From a virus (lineage: Duplodnaviria > Caudoviricetes): a stretch of DNA of 54,115 nt. Shown piece by piece: positions 37,400 to 47,393 of this stretch. The notes beneath the pieces were generated by a model. The model had not been told where the DNA came from and did no database searches. It worked only from the letters and a program-made list of their open reading frames with translations. Made by a program: the position numbers and the translations under genes. The stretch lies in IMG/VR virus record IMGVR_UViG_3300027833_001621, positions 1 to 54,115 of that record; one strand, written 5' to 3'. Each line of letters opens with the position of its first letter. The stretch's first letter is position 1.

Positions 37400-38980
37400 A
37401 TGGCATACACAATAGATACATACAGCAACGGAAGGTCTTGGAAAATTGAAGACGGTACCGTTGATCAGACTACTGATTTAAAATTAGTAGGTAAAAATTA
37501 CGCAGGTTACGGTGAAATACAAAATGAAAATATGGTATTTTTACTGGAAAACTTTGCAGGGCAAACTGAGCCACCAAGAAAGATATCAGGTCAAATTTGG
37601 TTTGATACAGGTAACTCAAAACTAAAATTTTATGACGGAATTAAATGGCGCACAACAGGCGGCGCAGAAGTTAGTTCAACAGTTCCAACAGGCCTTAAAG
37701 AAGGCGACTTTTGGTGGGATCAAAATAATGAACAGCTTTACACATATAATGGTGGCGACTTTGTACTTATTGGACCCCAGAGTGCAGGATCAGGCCAAAC
37801 ACAAATTGTAAGCCGTACAGTACGCGACACTACTGGATCAAGTAGAGGCATTATTACAGCAGTTGTAAACGATGAAGTTATATTTACTGTAAGTTCACAA
37901 GATTTTACAATTGATACAAGTGATGTAGACTCCAACATTTTAGGCTTTGATAGAATACGTCAAGGTCTTACATTAAAGAATACACTAAACAGTAGCGGTG
38001 GTATTACATCAGGTGACTGGAGACTAGTAGGAACGTCTACTAACTCAGAAAAACTTGGTGGATTAGCATCTACTTCATACGTACTAAAGACAGATGCTAA
38101 CTTTAGTCAACTAGCTCGCTTTTCAGATCTAGGTATTGCTATAGGTGATTCAAACGATTTAAAAATTAAACAAGAAATTATTACTGGTAACGGCACACAA
38201 GTAGAACGTCCGATAATTTCAAACGAAACTGGCGGCAGTATTGCATTTAAAGCTAAAAATACTTCAGGTGTTATAGTTAACTCAATACAAGTATTAGCAA
38301 ATGCAATTATTCCAGGTTACGTAAACGGTACAGAAACACAAAACAAGCCAACAGCAACACTTGCAACAATGGGTACAGCACAGTATCCTTGGCAAGAGAT
38401 GTATGCAAAAGACTACATTGGTTTAGGAACAGCTGCAAAAGGTCTAGTACTTGAAGACGATGTTGATGCATATGTATTTGACTTTACAAATGGCGTAGCT
38501 CCTCCTGCTAACTTACTAAGAAAACCAAGCAAAGCAGCAGCGGCAAATACAGTAGTTGTAAGAGATCAAGACGCTGATATCTATGCAAACTATTTCCAAG
38601 GTATTGCAACAGAAGCATTATATGCTGACTTAGCAGAAAAATATACTACAGATGCTGAATATCCAGTTGGCACAGTAATGGCAGTTAGTTTAGATGACGG
38701 TGCAGAAGCAACAATAGCAATGCGTGATACTATAGCAATTGGTGTTATATCATTAGAGCCAGCATACTTAATGAACAAAGCATGTGACGGACAAGCAATT
38801 GGCCTTAAAGGTCGTGTTCCTGTACGTGTAATTGGTCCTATTAGAAAAGGACATGCTGTATATGTTGATGAAAACGGATGTGCAAGCGATGTTGTTAACG
38901 GTGGTTGTATGGTAGGCATAGCACTTGAAACTAATCTCGATGAAGACGAGAAATTAGTTGAGTGCGTGTTGAAAGTATAA
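37400..38980 (+). CDS. Tail fibre protein with C-terminal Peptidase G2-like auto-cleaving chaperone domain
   Basis: Shared fibre N-terminus. C-terminal YADLAEKY...GTVM...IGVIS..PAYLMN...IGLKGRVPVRVIGPIRKG. Confidence 0.72.
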   Translation: MAYTIDTYSNGRSWKIEDGTVDQTTDLKLVGKNYAGYGEIQNENMVFLLENFAGQTEPPRKISGQIWFDTGNSKLKFYDGIKWRTTGGAEVSSTVPTGLKEGDFWWDQNNEQLYTYNGGDFVLIGPQSAGSGQTQIVSRTVRDTTGSSRGIITAVVNDEVIFTVSSQDFTIDTSDVDSNILGFDRIRQGLTLKNTLNSSGGITSGDWRLVGTSTNSEKLGGLASTSYVLKTDANFSQLARFSDLGIAIGDSNDLKIKQEIITGNGTQVERPIISNETGGSIAFKAKNTSGVIVNSIQVLANAIIPGYVNGTETQNKPTATLATMGTAQYPWQEMYAKDYIGLGTAAKGLVLEDDVDAYVFDFTNGVAPPANLLRKPSKAAAANTVVVRDQDADIYANYFQGIATEALYADLAEKYTTDAEYPVGTVMAVSLDDGAEATIAMRDTIAIGVISLEPAYLMNKACDGQAIGLKGRVPVRVIGPIRKGHAVYVDENGCASDVVNGGCMVGIALETNLDEDEKLVECVLKV

Positions 38981-38983
38981 ATA
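38976..38983 (+). promoter_or_regulatory. Late promoter, exact T4 consensus TATAAATA
   Basis: Overlaps the upstream gene's stop; AGGA RBS and ATG 39014 downstream. Confidence 0.7.
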
Positions 38984-39013
38984 ATAGTAGCACTTAATTA
39001 GGAAGAAGAAAAC

Positions 39014-39943
39014 ATGCCAGATTTAGTAAGGGGAGCCAACGATCCACAAGGCGCTTCTAGGATTACCGCAGCTAATTATAACGATCTACAATCATCTGTA
39101 GCAGACATACTTGGCGGCGGCTTTGCTGATACTGGTTATGGACAAGAACCTGTTAGTACAGCACTATTAGCAACGGATACAGTAAGAGCTGAACATATGA
39201 ATTTGTTAAGAGACGATATTAACAGAATTCAAGTACACCAAACTGGAAGTCTTAGTTCGTTATTAGAACTTGTTCCAGGAGAAAGGGTTAGTGCTAATGA
39301 CATCGGCGGCCTAGTTGATAAAGGATTTAATCAATTTGTTGCGGTTGTTAATATTTTAACAGCTAATAAAGATACAGTTGATGGAACACAAGTAACACTA
39401 GAAACAGCAACTACTAGTACACGCTTTGCAGCATGGAACGGTGAAGTAGTACATAGTTTTACAGCAACATTTGACACTCCAGAACATAGACGTGCTTATT
39501 TTAATGCAGGCGGAAAAATACAACTAAGTGCAACTATTGAAGGTGATACTACACAAAAAGGCGCAGACTGGAATTCCATATTAACAAATATGGGAACGAT
39601 TAAGTTTAGTGCTAACACAACTACAAAAACAGGATCAGCAGGATTATTGCAGCCTGTTGGTAACTACGATTTGACAACAAGTTATCAAAAAATATTTGAA
39701 CGTAGAGGGCAAGCAGATTACTACGCAGAAAATAGATTCTTTATCTATGCTAAAGAAGTAAGTAATCGAGCAATTCAATTTAGAGTAGAATTTCAGGACA
39801 ATGACCAGGGCGACCCAAATGATGATGAATTAATCCGCGGTACTTTAACTAGTATTGTTAAACAGTTAAGACCAACAGGGTCTTATGTATCTGTGGCATC
39901 ACCATCATACAGTACACAATCAGACTTATCAGCTGGAGATTAA
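39014..39943 (+). CDS. Virion structural protein, paralogue A
   Basis: GYGQ, LRDDINRIQVHQTG and RRAYFNAGGKIQLSA motifs shared with the next gene; under a late promoter. Confidence 0.6.
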   Translation: MPDLVRGANDPQGASRITAANYNDLQSSVADILGGGFADTGYGQEPVSTALLATDTVRAEHMNLLRDDINRIQVHQTGSLSSLLELVPGERVSANDIGGLVDKGFNQFVAVVNILTANKDTVDGTQVTLETATTSTRFAAWNGEVVHSFTATFDTPEHRRAYFNAGGKIQLSATIEGDTTQKGADWNSILTNMGTIKFSANTTTKTGSAGLLQPVGNYDLTTSYQKIFERRGQADYYAENRFFIYAKEVSNRAIQFRVEFQDNDQGDPNDDELIRGTLTSIVKQLRPTGSYVSVASPSYSTQSDLSAGD

Positions 39944-39946
39944 TAC

Positions 39947-41044
39947 GTGGTAGCAACTGGCGGAATTATTAATAAGAGCGAATTTGTAGCGTTATCGGAT
40001 CGACTAGTCGCTGTACTAGGCAACGGCTCCGGACAAACTGGCTACGGACAATATGTGCCTTCGGCATTTTCGGCTTTACGCAATGCTGGGACACCAATAA
40101 TTGAACCCCTTCATTGGAATCAGTTACGTTTCGACATTAATAAAGCCTATAATCACCAAACTGGTGGAAACTCAGGAATAACAACAATTGACGATGGTGC
40201 TATTATCGGTGCAGATGCATCTGGCACAAGTGTTACTAGAATATCGGGTGATACATTTAGTATTAATGGTACTAACACTCTTGAAGGTATTAATGATTTT
40301 GATAGTAAAATTTCAGACATTGAATCTTCAGCTAATTCTATTGCTGCAGGACAGTTTGATCTTACTACAGGAAGACAAGCTGTAAATTCTTCAAGAACTA
40401 CGCCCTGGGGTGTTAATAATATTAATATTATGGTATATTCAGAATTTACTGTTGAGTTCGAAGGCGGATATACTACAACAAATAGTTCCGGCACTTCAAT
40501 GACAGCTAGTGCTTCAGACCATCGTAGACACTTTTTTAATGCCGGTGGTGAAATTAGATTAAGTGCAGCTCTTACTGGTACAACAGCAAAAGACACAGAC
40601 TGGGGCACAATGTTAGGTAACATGGGCCAAGTTATTTTTGGTAAAAATGCTACTACAAATGGTACAGGAACAGGCCGTGCAAGAGACGGATCAACTAACG
40701 TAGATAATGCCGGCGGCATTGAAAGTGCATTAGGTAATTATCAAGCAACAACCGGTTATCAATTAATATTCCAAAAGAACGGTTCTCAAGCAGAATACGC
40801 TGAAAACCTTGTAGCTATATATGTAAAACGAAATAATGCCGGTACTATATTAACATTCTTGTTTGAGTTTTACGATAATGACTCAGGAGATCAAACTGGT
40901 AGCGGCCCTGGTGTTGATGAAAATGTTCTAGCAAGCGGCGGAACACATACTTGCGGATTAGATTTTAAACGCCCTAATGCTTCAAACGGAGTTGATATTC
41001 CGGCACCAGCTGTAGCAGTTCAAACGGAATTACGCCTCACATAA
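39947..41044 (+). CDS. Virion structural protein, paralogue B
   Basis: GTG start. GYGQ, LRFDINKAYNHQTG, RRHFFNAGGEIRLSA; Gly/Thr/Ser-rich. Confidence 0.6.
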   Translation: MVATGGIINKSEFVALSDRLVAVLGNGSGQTGYGQYVPSAFSALRNAGTPIIEPLHWNQLRFDINKAYNHQTGGNSGITTIDDGAIIGADASGTSVTRISGDTFSINGTNTLEGINDFDSKISDIESSANSIAAGQFDLTTGRQAVNSSRTTPWGVNNINIMVYSEFTVEFEGGYTTTNSSGTSMTASASDHRRHFFNAGGEIRLSAALTGTTAKDTDWGTMLGNMGQVIFGKNATTNGTGTGRARDGSTNVDNAGGIESALGNYQATTGYQLIFQKNGSQAEYAENLVAIYVKRNNAGTILTFLFEFYDNDSGDQTGSGPGVDENVLASGGTHTCGLDFKRPNASNGVDIPAPAVAVQTELRLT

Positions 41045-41047
41045 CAC

Positions 41048-41076
41048 TTGACAAATACTTTTTCAGGCTATATAAT
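41048..41076 (+). promoter_or_regulatory. Perfect-consensus sigma70 promoter for the glycosyltransferase/radical SAM cluster
   Basis: TTGACA (41048-41053), 17 nt spacer, TATAAT (41071-41076); GGAGA RBS before ATG 41100. Confidence 0.85.
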
Positions 41077-41099
41077 ATATATTATACCTGGAGAATTAT

Positions 41100-41447
41100 A
41101 TGGACGAAAGATTAGAACAAGCGTTAGACTTTTCAAACTACATGGTTACACTAAACAACCAGCGTAGAGTTATTCATGAACAATTTTTAGAAACTTGCGT
41201 ACATTATTTAAATGGCGGCAAATTTTCTATAACTCGAGATTTAATTACATTTTGCCAAACATTAAAATATAATGAACAAGATAGTGCAATTTTAATTGAT
41301 GATAACAACACTCCGATTGAAGTACAAGAGCTACAGAAATTTTTAGACGACATTCTTGATATTTACTTTACTACATCATATGAATATCTTGATGAGTACA
41401 ATAAAATTAAAAAGAACAGAAAAGTAGAAGGTCTTGTTAATTTATGA
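41100..41447 (+). CDS. Hypothetical protein
   Basis: 115 aa with RBS; stop overlaps the next start (ATGA). Confidence 0.75.
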   Translation: MDERLEQALDFSNYMVTLNNQRRVIHEQFLETCVHYLNGGKFSITRDLITFCQTLKYNEQDSAILIDDNNTPIEVQELQKFLDDILDIYFTTSYEYLDEYNKIKKNRKVEGLVNL

Positions 41448-42304
41448 GTAAGGGTGTACTATTATTTGCACAAAATAATCACTCAATTGATTATATTAAA
41501 CAAGCAATATTTTGTGCTAAAAAAATTAAAAAACACCTTGGCATACCTGTAGCACTTGCTACAGACAATTCAGATTATCTAAAGGAAACGTATCCTTATT
41601 ACGAAAAGTATATTAGTCATGTAATAGAGTTAGATTGGTATGAATGCAAACAAAAGCGTACATATCGAGATGGTACTATGAGCAATAAAGATCTAGAATG
41701 GCGAAATCACGATCGCGCAACAGCATACAACATAACACCGTTTGATGAAACTATAGTAATGGATACTGATTTTATTATTGGTAATGATATTCTATTAAAT
41801 GCATTTGATACAGATCAAGACTTTTTAATATTTCGCCACATAACTGATGTTAATATGGATAGGCCAGACGAATATAGGTTCAATAAAATTAGTGATCGAA
41901 GTATAGACATGTACTGGGCTACGGTATTTTATTTTAAAAAGTCAGAAAGTATGCAACGGTTCTTTGATCTAATAACACACATTAAAGATAACTGGAACTT
42001 CTATAGACTTACATACCAGATTGTAAATAAAACTTATAGAAATGATTTTGCATTTAGTATTGCAATACATATGTTAAATGGCTTCCAGCGCACTAACTGG
42101 CCAAAAGTTTTACCAGGAAGACTATGGTTCACTAGTGATGCAGATGTATTAATAAAGTTAGAAGATGAAACTTATACTTTTTTATTAGATAAAAAGCATT
42201 GGGTAGGACACTATCATGCAGGTTCTATAAAAGATGCAAACATTCATATTATGAATAAATTTGCATTAGATAGATTTATTGACGAGGATTTAGTAAATGA
42301 GTAA
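41444..42304 (+). CDS. Putative GT-A fold glycosyltransferase
   Basis: KGVLLFA N-terminal strand; TPFDETIVMDTD with a DxD motif, as in GT8/mannosyltransferase-like proteins. Confidence 0.65.
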   Translation: MSKGVLLFAQNNHSIDYIKQAIFCAKKIKKHLGIPVALATDNSDYLKETYPYYEKYISHVIELDWYECKQKRTYRDGTMSNKDLEWRNHDRATAYNITPFDETIVMDTDFIIGNDILLNAFDTDQDFLIFRHITDVNMDRPDEYRFNKISDRSIDMYWATVFYFKKSESMQRFFDLITHIKDNWNFYRLTYQIVNKTYRNDFAFSIAIHMLNGFQRTNWPKVLPGRLWFTSDADVLIKLEDETYTFLLDKKHWVGHYHAGSIKDANIHIMNKFALDRFIDEDLVNE

Positions 42305-43136
42305 AGGATTTTGTTTATTAGCACAGAATAATTCAAATACAAACTACATTCGTCAAGCATATGCTCTTGCTCTTAGTTTACATTTGTATAATAAAGATCA
42401 AAAAATTAGTTTAATAACCAATGACGATGTTCCAACTGAATGGCAAAATGTATTTGATCAAATTATTCCTATTCCTTGGGAAGACAATGCTGAAGATAGC
42501 GATTGGAAAATACAGAATCGTTGGAAAGTTTATCATGCTAGTCCTTATGATGAAACTATTGTATTAGAAGCTGACATGATGATTACATCAGATATAACAC
42601 ACTGGTGGGAAGAACTAGCAAAACGTGAACTATTTTTTGTTAGCAATGTTAGAACCTATCGAGACGAAGTTATAACTAGCAGATTCTATAGAAAGACATT
42701 TGACGCAAACGATTTACCTAACTTATATAGTGCATTGCATTACTTTAAAAAGGGTGATACAGCAAAAGAGTTTTATAATCTATTAGAAATTATTGTAAAC
42801 AATTGGGCTTTGTTTTATTCTAAGTACGCACCAAACGAATATCAAAAATGGTGTAGCATTGATGTGTCAATGGCAATTGCTAGTAAAATATTAGGTAATG
42901 AGAAAGATATTACTGACCCTAACAGTTTTATTACATTTACACATATGAAACCACTTGTACAAGGATGGTATAATAAACCAGAAAAATGGACAAAGGTTAC
43001 TGGAAAATATTTTACTGACGGTAAATTATTCCTAGGAAATTACTTGCAAAACAGAGTACTACATTATGTTGAGGACGAATTCTTAACAGATGAATTATTA
43101 GAGAAGATGGAAAATGGAACTACACTTTTACCTTAA
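42297..43136 (+). CDS. Putative GT-A fold glycosyltransferase, paralogue of the previous gene
   Basis: MSKG.LL.AQNN...YI.QA start shared with the previous gene; SPYDETIVLEAD (ExD variant). Confidence 0.6.
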   Translation: MSKGFCLLAQNNSNTNYIRQAYALALSLHLYNKDQKISLITNDDVPTEWQNVFDQIIPIPWEDNAEDSDWKIQNRWKVYHASPYDETIVLEADMMITSDITHWWEELAKRELFFVSNVRTYRDEVITSRFYRKTFDANDLPNLYSALHYFKKGDTAKEFYNLLEIIVNNWALFYSKYAPNEYQKWCSIDVSMAIASKILGNEKDITDPNSFITFTHMKPLVQGWYNKPEKWTKVTGKYFTDGKLFLGNYLQNRVLHYVEDEFLTDELLEKMENGTTLLP

Positions 43137-43692
43137 CTTTAAAGATGATACAGGCGAAATTTGGAAACTAACAAATGAGTTAGATACTTCCACACCTTAC
43201 ATTGAAATTACTAGAGACACAATGTTAGAGTTTGCTAATGAAGATAAGAAGATGGACGACTATATGGTTATTCCGTCTAGTGATAAAACACTAAAATATG
43301 AAATTGTTCTTAAGCATAAAGATTTAGATATTTTTGATGTAGACAAGAGTGTACATCATCTTCCAAAAGTAACTAGTGTAGATACTAACAATGCATTTGT
43401 AATAACACAAAATTTAAAAAGTGCAACGTGGACAATTAGTTTAACACATGAACTTAGAGAATTATTGTCAAGCACTACATATTACAAAGATAAAAATCAA
43501 TACGTATATATTACACAAAAAGATAATCCAACAGTGTTGTTAGATACACTTGATATAAAAATGTATAATGTATTATATTCAGAAAGTTTTAATATGACAG
43601 AACAAAATAAAGAGGTTGCTCAGAACCCTAATGTGAGTTTATACTGTGGTAAAGTATTTGAAAACTATTTGCATATTCAGGAGACGGCATGA
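43114..43692 (+). CDS. Hypothetical protein
   Basis: 192 aa, overlapping both neighbours; no motif recognised. Confidence 0.7.
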   Translation: MELHFYLNFKDDTGEIWKLTNELDTSTPYIEITRDTMLEFANEDKKMDDYMVIPSSDKTLKYEIVLKHKDLDIFDVDKSVHHLPKVTSVDTNNAFVITQNLKSATWTISLTHELRELLSSTTYYKDKNQYVYITQKDNPTVLLDTLDIKMYNVLYSESFNMTEQNKEVAQNPNVSLYCGKVFENYLHIQETA

Positions 43693-44582
43693 GTACTATA
43701 AAGGTAGTTGATCAAGATATTATATTCTTATCGTACGATGAGCCAAACGCAGAAAAAAATTATGCTGATCTGTGTAGCAAAGTTCCGTGGGCAAAACGTG
43801 TACATGGAGTAGAAGGTTCAGATGCCGCACATAAAGCATGTGCTGATTTAAGTGAAACGGAATACTTTGTTACTGTAGATGCAGATAATATTGTTGACCC
43901 AGAATTCTTAAATCAAGAAGTTGATTACGAAGCACTTGGATTGTCAGCAGAACATGTGTTTAGTTGGTGCGGTAAGTTACATGTCAACGGACTAATGTAC
44001 GGCAACGGCGGATTAAAGATGTGGACACGTAAGTTTGTACACAATATGAAAACACACGAACATTCAGAAGACGGTGACGAGCGTGGCAAAGTAGAATTTT
44101 GCTTTGACGACAAGTACTATCAGTTCAACGAAAACTTTAGTGTATCTTACACAAACGAAACACCTTGGCAAGCGTGGCGAGCTGGATTTAGAGAAGGTGT
44201 TAAAATGAGTTTAGATCAAGGATCTAAAGTAGAAGACTTGCGTAAAGTATGGTGGCAAAACTACCAGCGGTTGCTTATTTGGAGTCAAGTAGGTGCTGAT
44301 GTTAAAAATGGTATATGGAGTATACTAGGCGCACGACAAGGATGTTATCTAACAAACTGTACACCATGGGACTATGCTAACGTGCGTGACTTTGAATGGC
44401 TAAACAACTTTTGGGAAAAAGAAGTAAAGGGTGTAGATCCACTTCAAACATCTATTCATTTAGGAACTGAAATACTAAAAGGAACCGGTGCAGACATATC
44501 AACTACTCCGCTTGATGAACAACAGAGTAAGTTTTTTAAAAGCGTGTATCAAAACACTCCGAGAATAATTAGGTCTAGATGA
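43689..44582 (+). CDS. Putative GT-A (GT2-like) glycosyltransferase
   Basis: DIIFLSYDEP, GSDAAHKACA, YFVTVDADNIV (DxD). Confidence 0.65.
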   Translation: MSTIKVVDQDIIFLSYDEPNAEKNYADLCSKVPWAKRVHGVEGSDAAHKACADLSETEYFVTVDADNIVDPEFLNQEVDYEALGLSAEHVFSWCGKLHVNGLMYGNGGLKMWTRKFVHNMKTHEHSEDGDERGKVEFCFDDKYYQFNENFSVSYTNETPWQAWRAGFREGVKMSLDQGSKVEDLRKVWWQNYQRLLIWSQVGADVKNGIWSILGARQGCYLTNCTPWDYANVRDFEWLNNFWEKEVKGVDPLQTSIHLGTEILKGTGADISTTPLDEQQSKFFKSVYQNTPRIIRSR

Positions 44583-45961
44583 GCAACGAACAGCGTATAC
44601 AGATATTAGAAGAAAAACGTGAAAAAATAAACAGTGTAAGTTGTTCATTTTGTACAGCCAAGTGGCTACAAACTACTCTAATGTTACAGAATGGATATAA
44701 TCACAGTTGTCATCATCCTGCCCCGCATAAAATTCCGTTGCATGAAATTCAAGCAAATCCAGCGGCACTACACAACAGTAAGTTTAAAAAAGAACAACGT
44801 GCTAAGATGCTTAAAGGTGAGCGTCCTAAGGAGTGTGGATACTGTTGGAAAATTGAAGACTTAGATAAAAACTATTTTAGTGATAGACATTATAAAACAA
44901 GTGACTCTTGGGCTTGGGATAGATTTGAAGATATTGCTAAAAGCAATCCACAAGACGATGTGTACCCAAGTTACTTAGAAGTATCATTTAGTAATGCTTG
45001 TAACTTTGCTTGTGCATACTGTTCACCTGAGATTAGTAGCAAGTGGATGGAAGACGTAAAGCAAAACGGTCCTTATCCAACTAAACATGGCGCACACAAT
45101 TTAGATTATTTAGAACAAACAGGAAAAATGCCAATACCTAATAGAGAACACAATCCTTATGTAGAAGCATTTTGGAAATGGTTTCCTGATGCATTACCTC
45201 ATTTAAAAGTGTTGCGTATCACAGGCGGCGAGCCTACTATGTCAAAAGACACATGGAAGTTGTTAGATTATCTTATTGAAAATCCACGTAAAGGATTAGA
45301 CATTGCAATTAATACAAATGGCTGTGTAGAAGATGCACTAATTGATAGACTTATTTTTAAAGTTAATCAGCTTGCCGAAGTAGGTGTTAAAGTTGATGTG
45401 TATACTAGTTTAGAAAGTACAGGCAAACAAGCAGAATATGCTAGAGACGGTCTAGATTTTATGAAATGGCTTAAAAATGTAGATAAGATTCTTAAAGAAA
45501 CTAATGCAACAGTTGCAATGATGACAACCATCAACATATTAAGTTTACCTTCCTTTCTTGACTTTATGATGACCGTAATGGACTTCCGTAAAGAGTATAA
45601 CAATAGTTTTGACATTAATAGAATACCACTAAGCATTAATATAATGCATTGGCCACCGCATTTACAGTGTACACTACTTGATGTTGATTACCGTACAAAG
45701 ACAGCAAATACTATTGAAAAAGTATGTGAACAATGGTTAAAGTATTATACCAAAGAAAAATATGCTAGATTGTATTTAGAAGAGTTTGACCAAATAAAAA
45801 GATTGTGTGATTACTTGCGTAACACAGAGCCAGCAATAGAACATAGAGCGGACTTTGTAAGATACATACATGCATACGATAAGAGAAGAAACAAGAATTT
45901 TGCGGATACGTTTCCGCAATATATTGATTTAGTAGAGGAATGGAATGCCGAAACAGCCTGA
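44579..45961 (+). CDS. Radical SAM protein with N-terminal twitch/SPASM-like domain
   Basis: CNFACAYC and ITGGEP core; N-terminal FCTAKW...SCHH...ECGYCW. Confidence 0.88.
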   Translation: MSNEQRIQILEEKREKINSVSCSFCTAKWLQTTLMLQNGYNHSCHHPAPHKIPLHEIQANPAALHNSKFKKEQRAKMLKGERPKECGYCWKIEDLDKNYFSDRHYKTSDSWAWDRFEDIAKSNPQDDVYPSYLEVSFSNACNFACAYCSPEISSKWMEDVKQNGPYPTKHGAHNLDYLEQTGKMPIPNREHNPYVEAFWKWFPDALPHLKVLRITGGEPTMSKDTWKLLDYLIENPRKGLDIAINTNGCVEDALIDRLIFKVNQLAEVGVKVDVYTSLESTGKQAEYARDGLDFMKWLKNVDKILKETNATVAMMTTINILSLPSFLDFMMTVMDFRKEYNNSFDINRIPLSINIMHWPPHLQCTLLDVDYRTKTANTIEKVCEQWLKYYTKEKYARLYLEEFDQIKRLCDYLRNTEPAIEHRADFVRYIHAYDKRRNKNFADTFPQYIDLVEEWNAETA

Positions 45962-47393
45962 AGAAAACCTACAACAGTATCGAGACAGGGTACTTGACAG
46001 CAAAAGTAAGAGTTTTTGTGGAGCAAAGTGGTATAACGCTACTACCTGGTTAGGTAGTGGTACAACAGCGAGTTGTCATCATCCACCTGCACATCAAATT
46101 CCATTAGTTGAAATACAAGACAATCCGTCTGCAATCCATAATACTAAGCATAAGAAAGAAATGCGCCGTATGATGCAAAAAGGCGAGCGTCCTAGCGAAT
46201 GTGAATATTGTTGGAAAATGGAAGATATGAAAAAAGATGCTGTCAGCGACAGGACTTTTAAAAGTATTATCTATTCAGACGAACAGTTACAGCAAGCGTA
46301 CGAAGCCGATGCTGACGATAATACTAATCTTAAAACTTTTGAAATTGCATTTGACAGAACATGTAACTTAGCATGTAGTTATTGTAATGCAAGTTTCTCA
46401 ACTACATGGGCCAAAGACATTAAGAAGAATGGCGAGTACACAAACTTAGTAAGTGACGGTGCTGGTGCATTTAAGCAAGACGGTAGTTGGACACAGCCTT
46501 ACAAAAATGATGAAGACAATCCATACATACAAGCATTTTGGAAATGGTGGGATAGTGGTTTAGCAGATAGTTTAGAAGAACTACGTGTTACAGGTGGCGA
46601 ACCTTTAATGAGCGGAAACACTTGGAAGTTGTTTGATTGGTTTAATGAGCAAGATACTGATATGCGATTTGCTATTAATAGTAACTTAATTGCTAAAGAT
46701 GATATCATTGACAAGCTAATTGAGAAAACACAAGGTATGAAACATTTTGACCTGTATACTAGTTGTGAAGCGACTGGCGCACAAGCAGAATATATACGTG
46801 ACGGCTTAGATTACGAACAGTGGCTTAGAAATATTAAGCGTATGTTAGTAGAAGGTAACTGTAATGGTATTAACATTATGATGACTATTAACAGTTTGTG
46901 TTTGTTTAGTATTACTGACTTCTTAGATGAGGTATACAAACTAAAAGAACTTACACAAAGTAGAACACCAACAGTAAGTTTAAACTTATTGCGTTTTCCA
47001 AGTTTTCAAAGTCCACTAGCACTACCTAACCATATTAAAGATTATTTACATAATCAATTTAGTACATGGTGGGAAGCACATAAAGATGATATCGGTTGGC
47101 ATGAGTTTGAAAAAGCAAGTATTGAACGTTTGATAGATTACTTAGTAACTGTAGATGCTCCGCATAGACGTACAAGTAACCCTACTACACTATGGCGTGA
47201 TTTTAAAACATTCTATGCACAGTATGATGTACGTAGAAACAAAAGCCTAAGTGTATTTCCTAAAATATTAACAGATTGGGTTGAATCAATACCGGACACA
47301 GATGCAAGCATTATGGAACTTGCAGAAAAAGAAGGCTGGATACTAAAGCCTAGCTCAAGGAATATTGATGATCCCCTTGCGTCCTACGATTAA
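45945..47393 (+). CDS. Radical SAM protein with N-terminal twitch/SPASM-like domain
   Basis: CNLACSYC and VTGGEP core; N-terminal FCGAKW...SCHH...ECEYCW. Close paralogue of the previous gene. Confidence 0.88.
   Translation: MPKQPEENLQQYRDRVLDSKSKSFCGAKWYNATTWLGSGTTASCHHPPAHQIPLVEIQDNPSAIHNTKHKKEMRRMMQKGERPSECEYCWKMEDMKKDAVSDRTFKSIIYSDEQLQQAYEADADDNTNLKTFEIAFDRTCNLACSYCNASFSTTWAKDIKKNGEYTNLVSDGAGAFKQDGSWTQPYKNDEDNPYIQAFWKWWDSGLADSLEELRVTGGEPLMSGNTWKLFDWFNEQDTDMRFAINSNLIAKDDIIDKLIEKTQGMKHFDLYTSCEATGAQAEYIRDGLDYEQWLRNIKRMLVEGNCNGINIMMTINSLCLFSITDFLDEVYKLKELTQSRTPTVSLNLLRFPSFQSPLALPNHIKDYLHNQFSTWWEAHKDDIGWHEFEKASIERLIDYLVTVDAPHRRTSNPTTLWRDFKTFYAQYDVRRNKSLSVFPKILTDWVESIPDTDASIMELAEKEGWILKPSSRNIDDPLASYD

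Noticed and set aside
41100-41447. RiPP precursor peptide for the SPASM enzymes
   Set aside because: 115-aa globular-looking protein with no leader/core pattern; no peptidase, transporter or RRE domain seen in the window.
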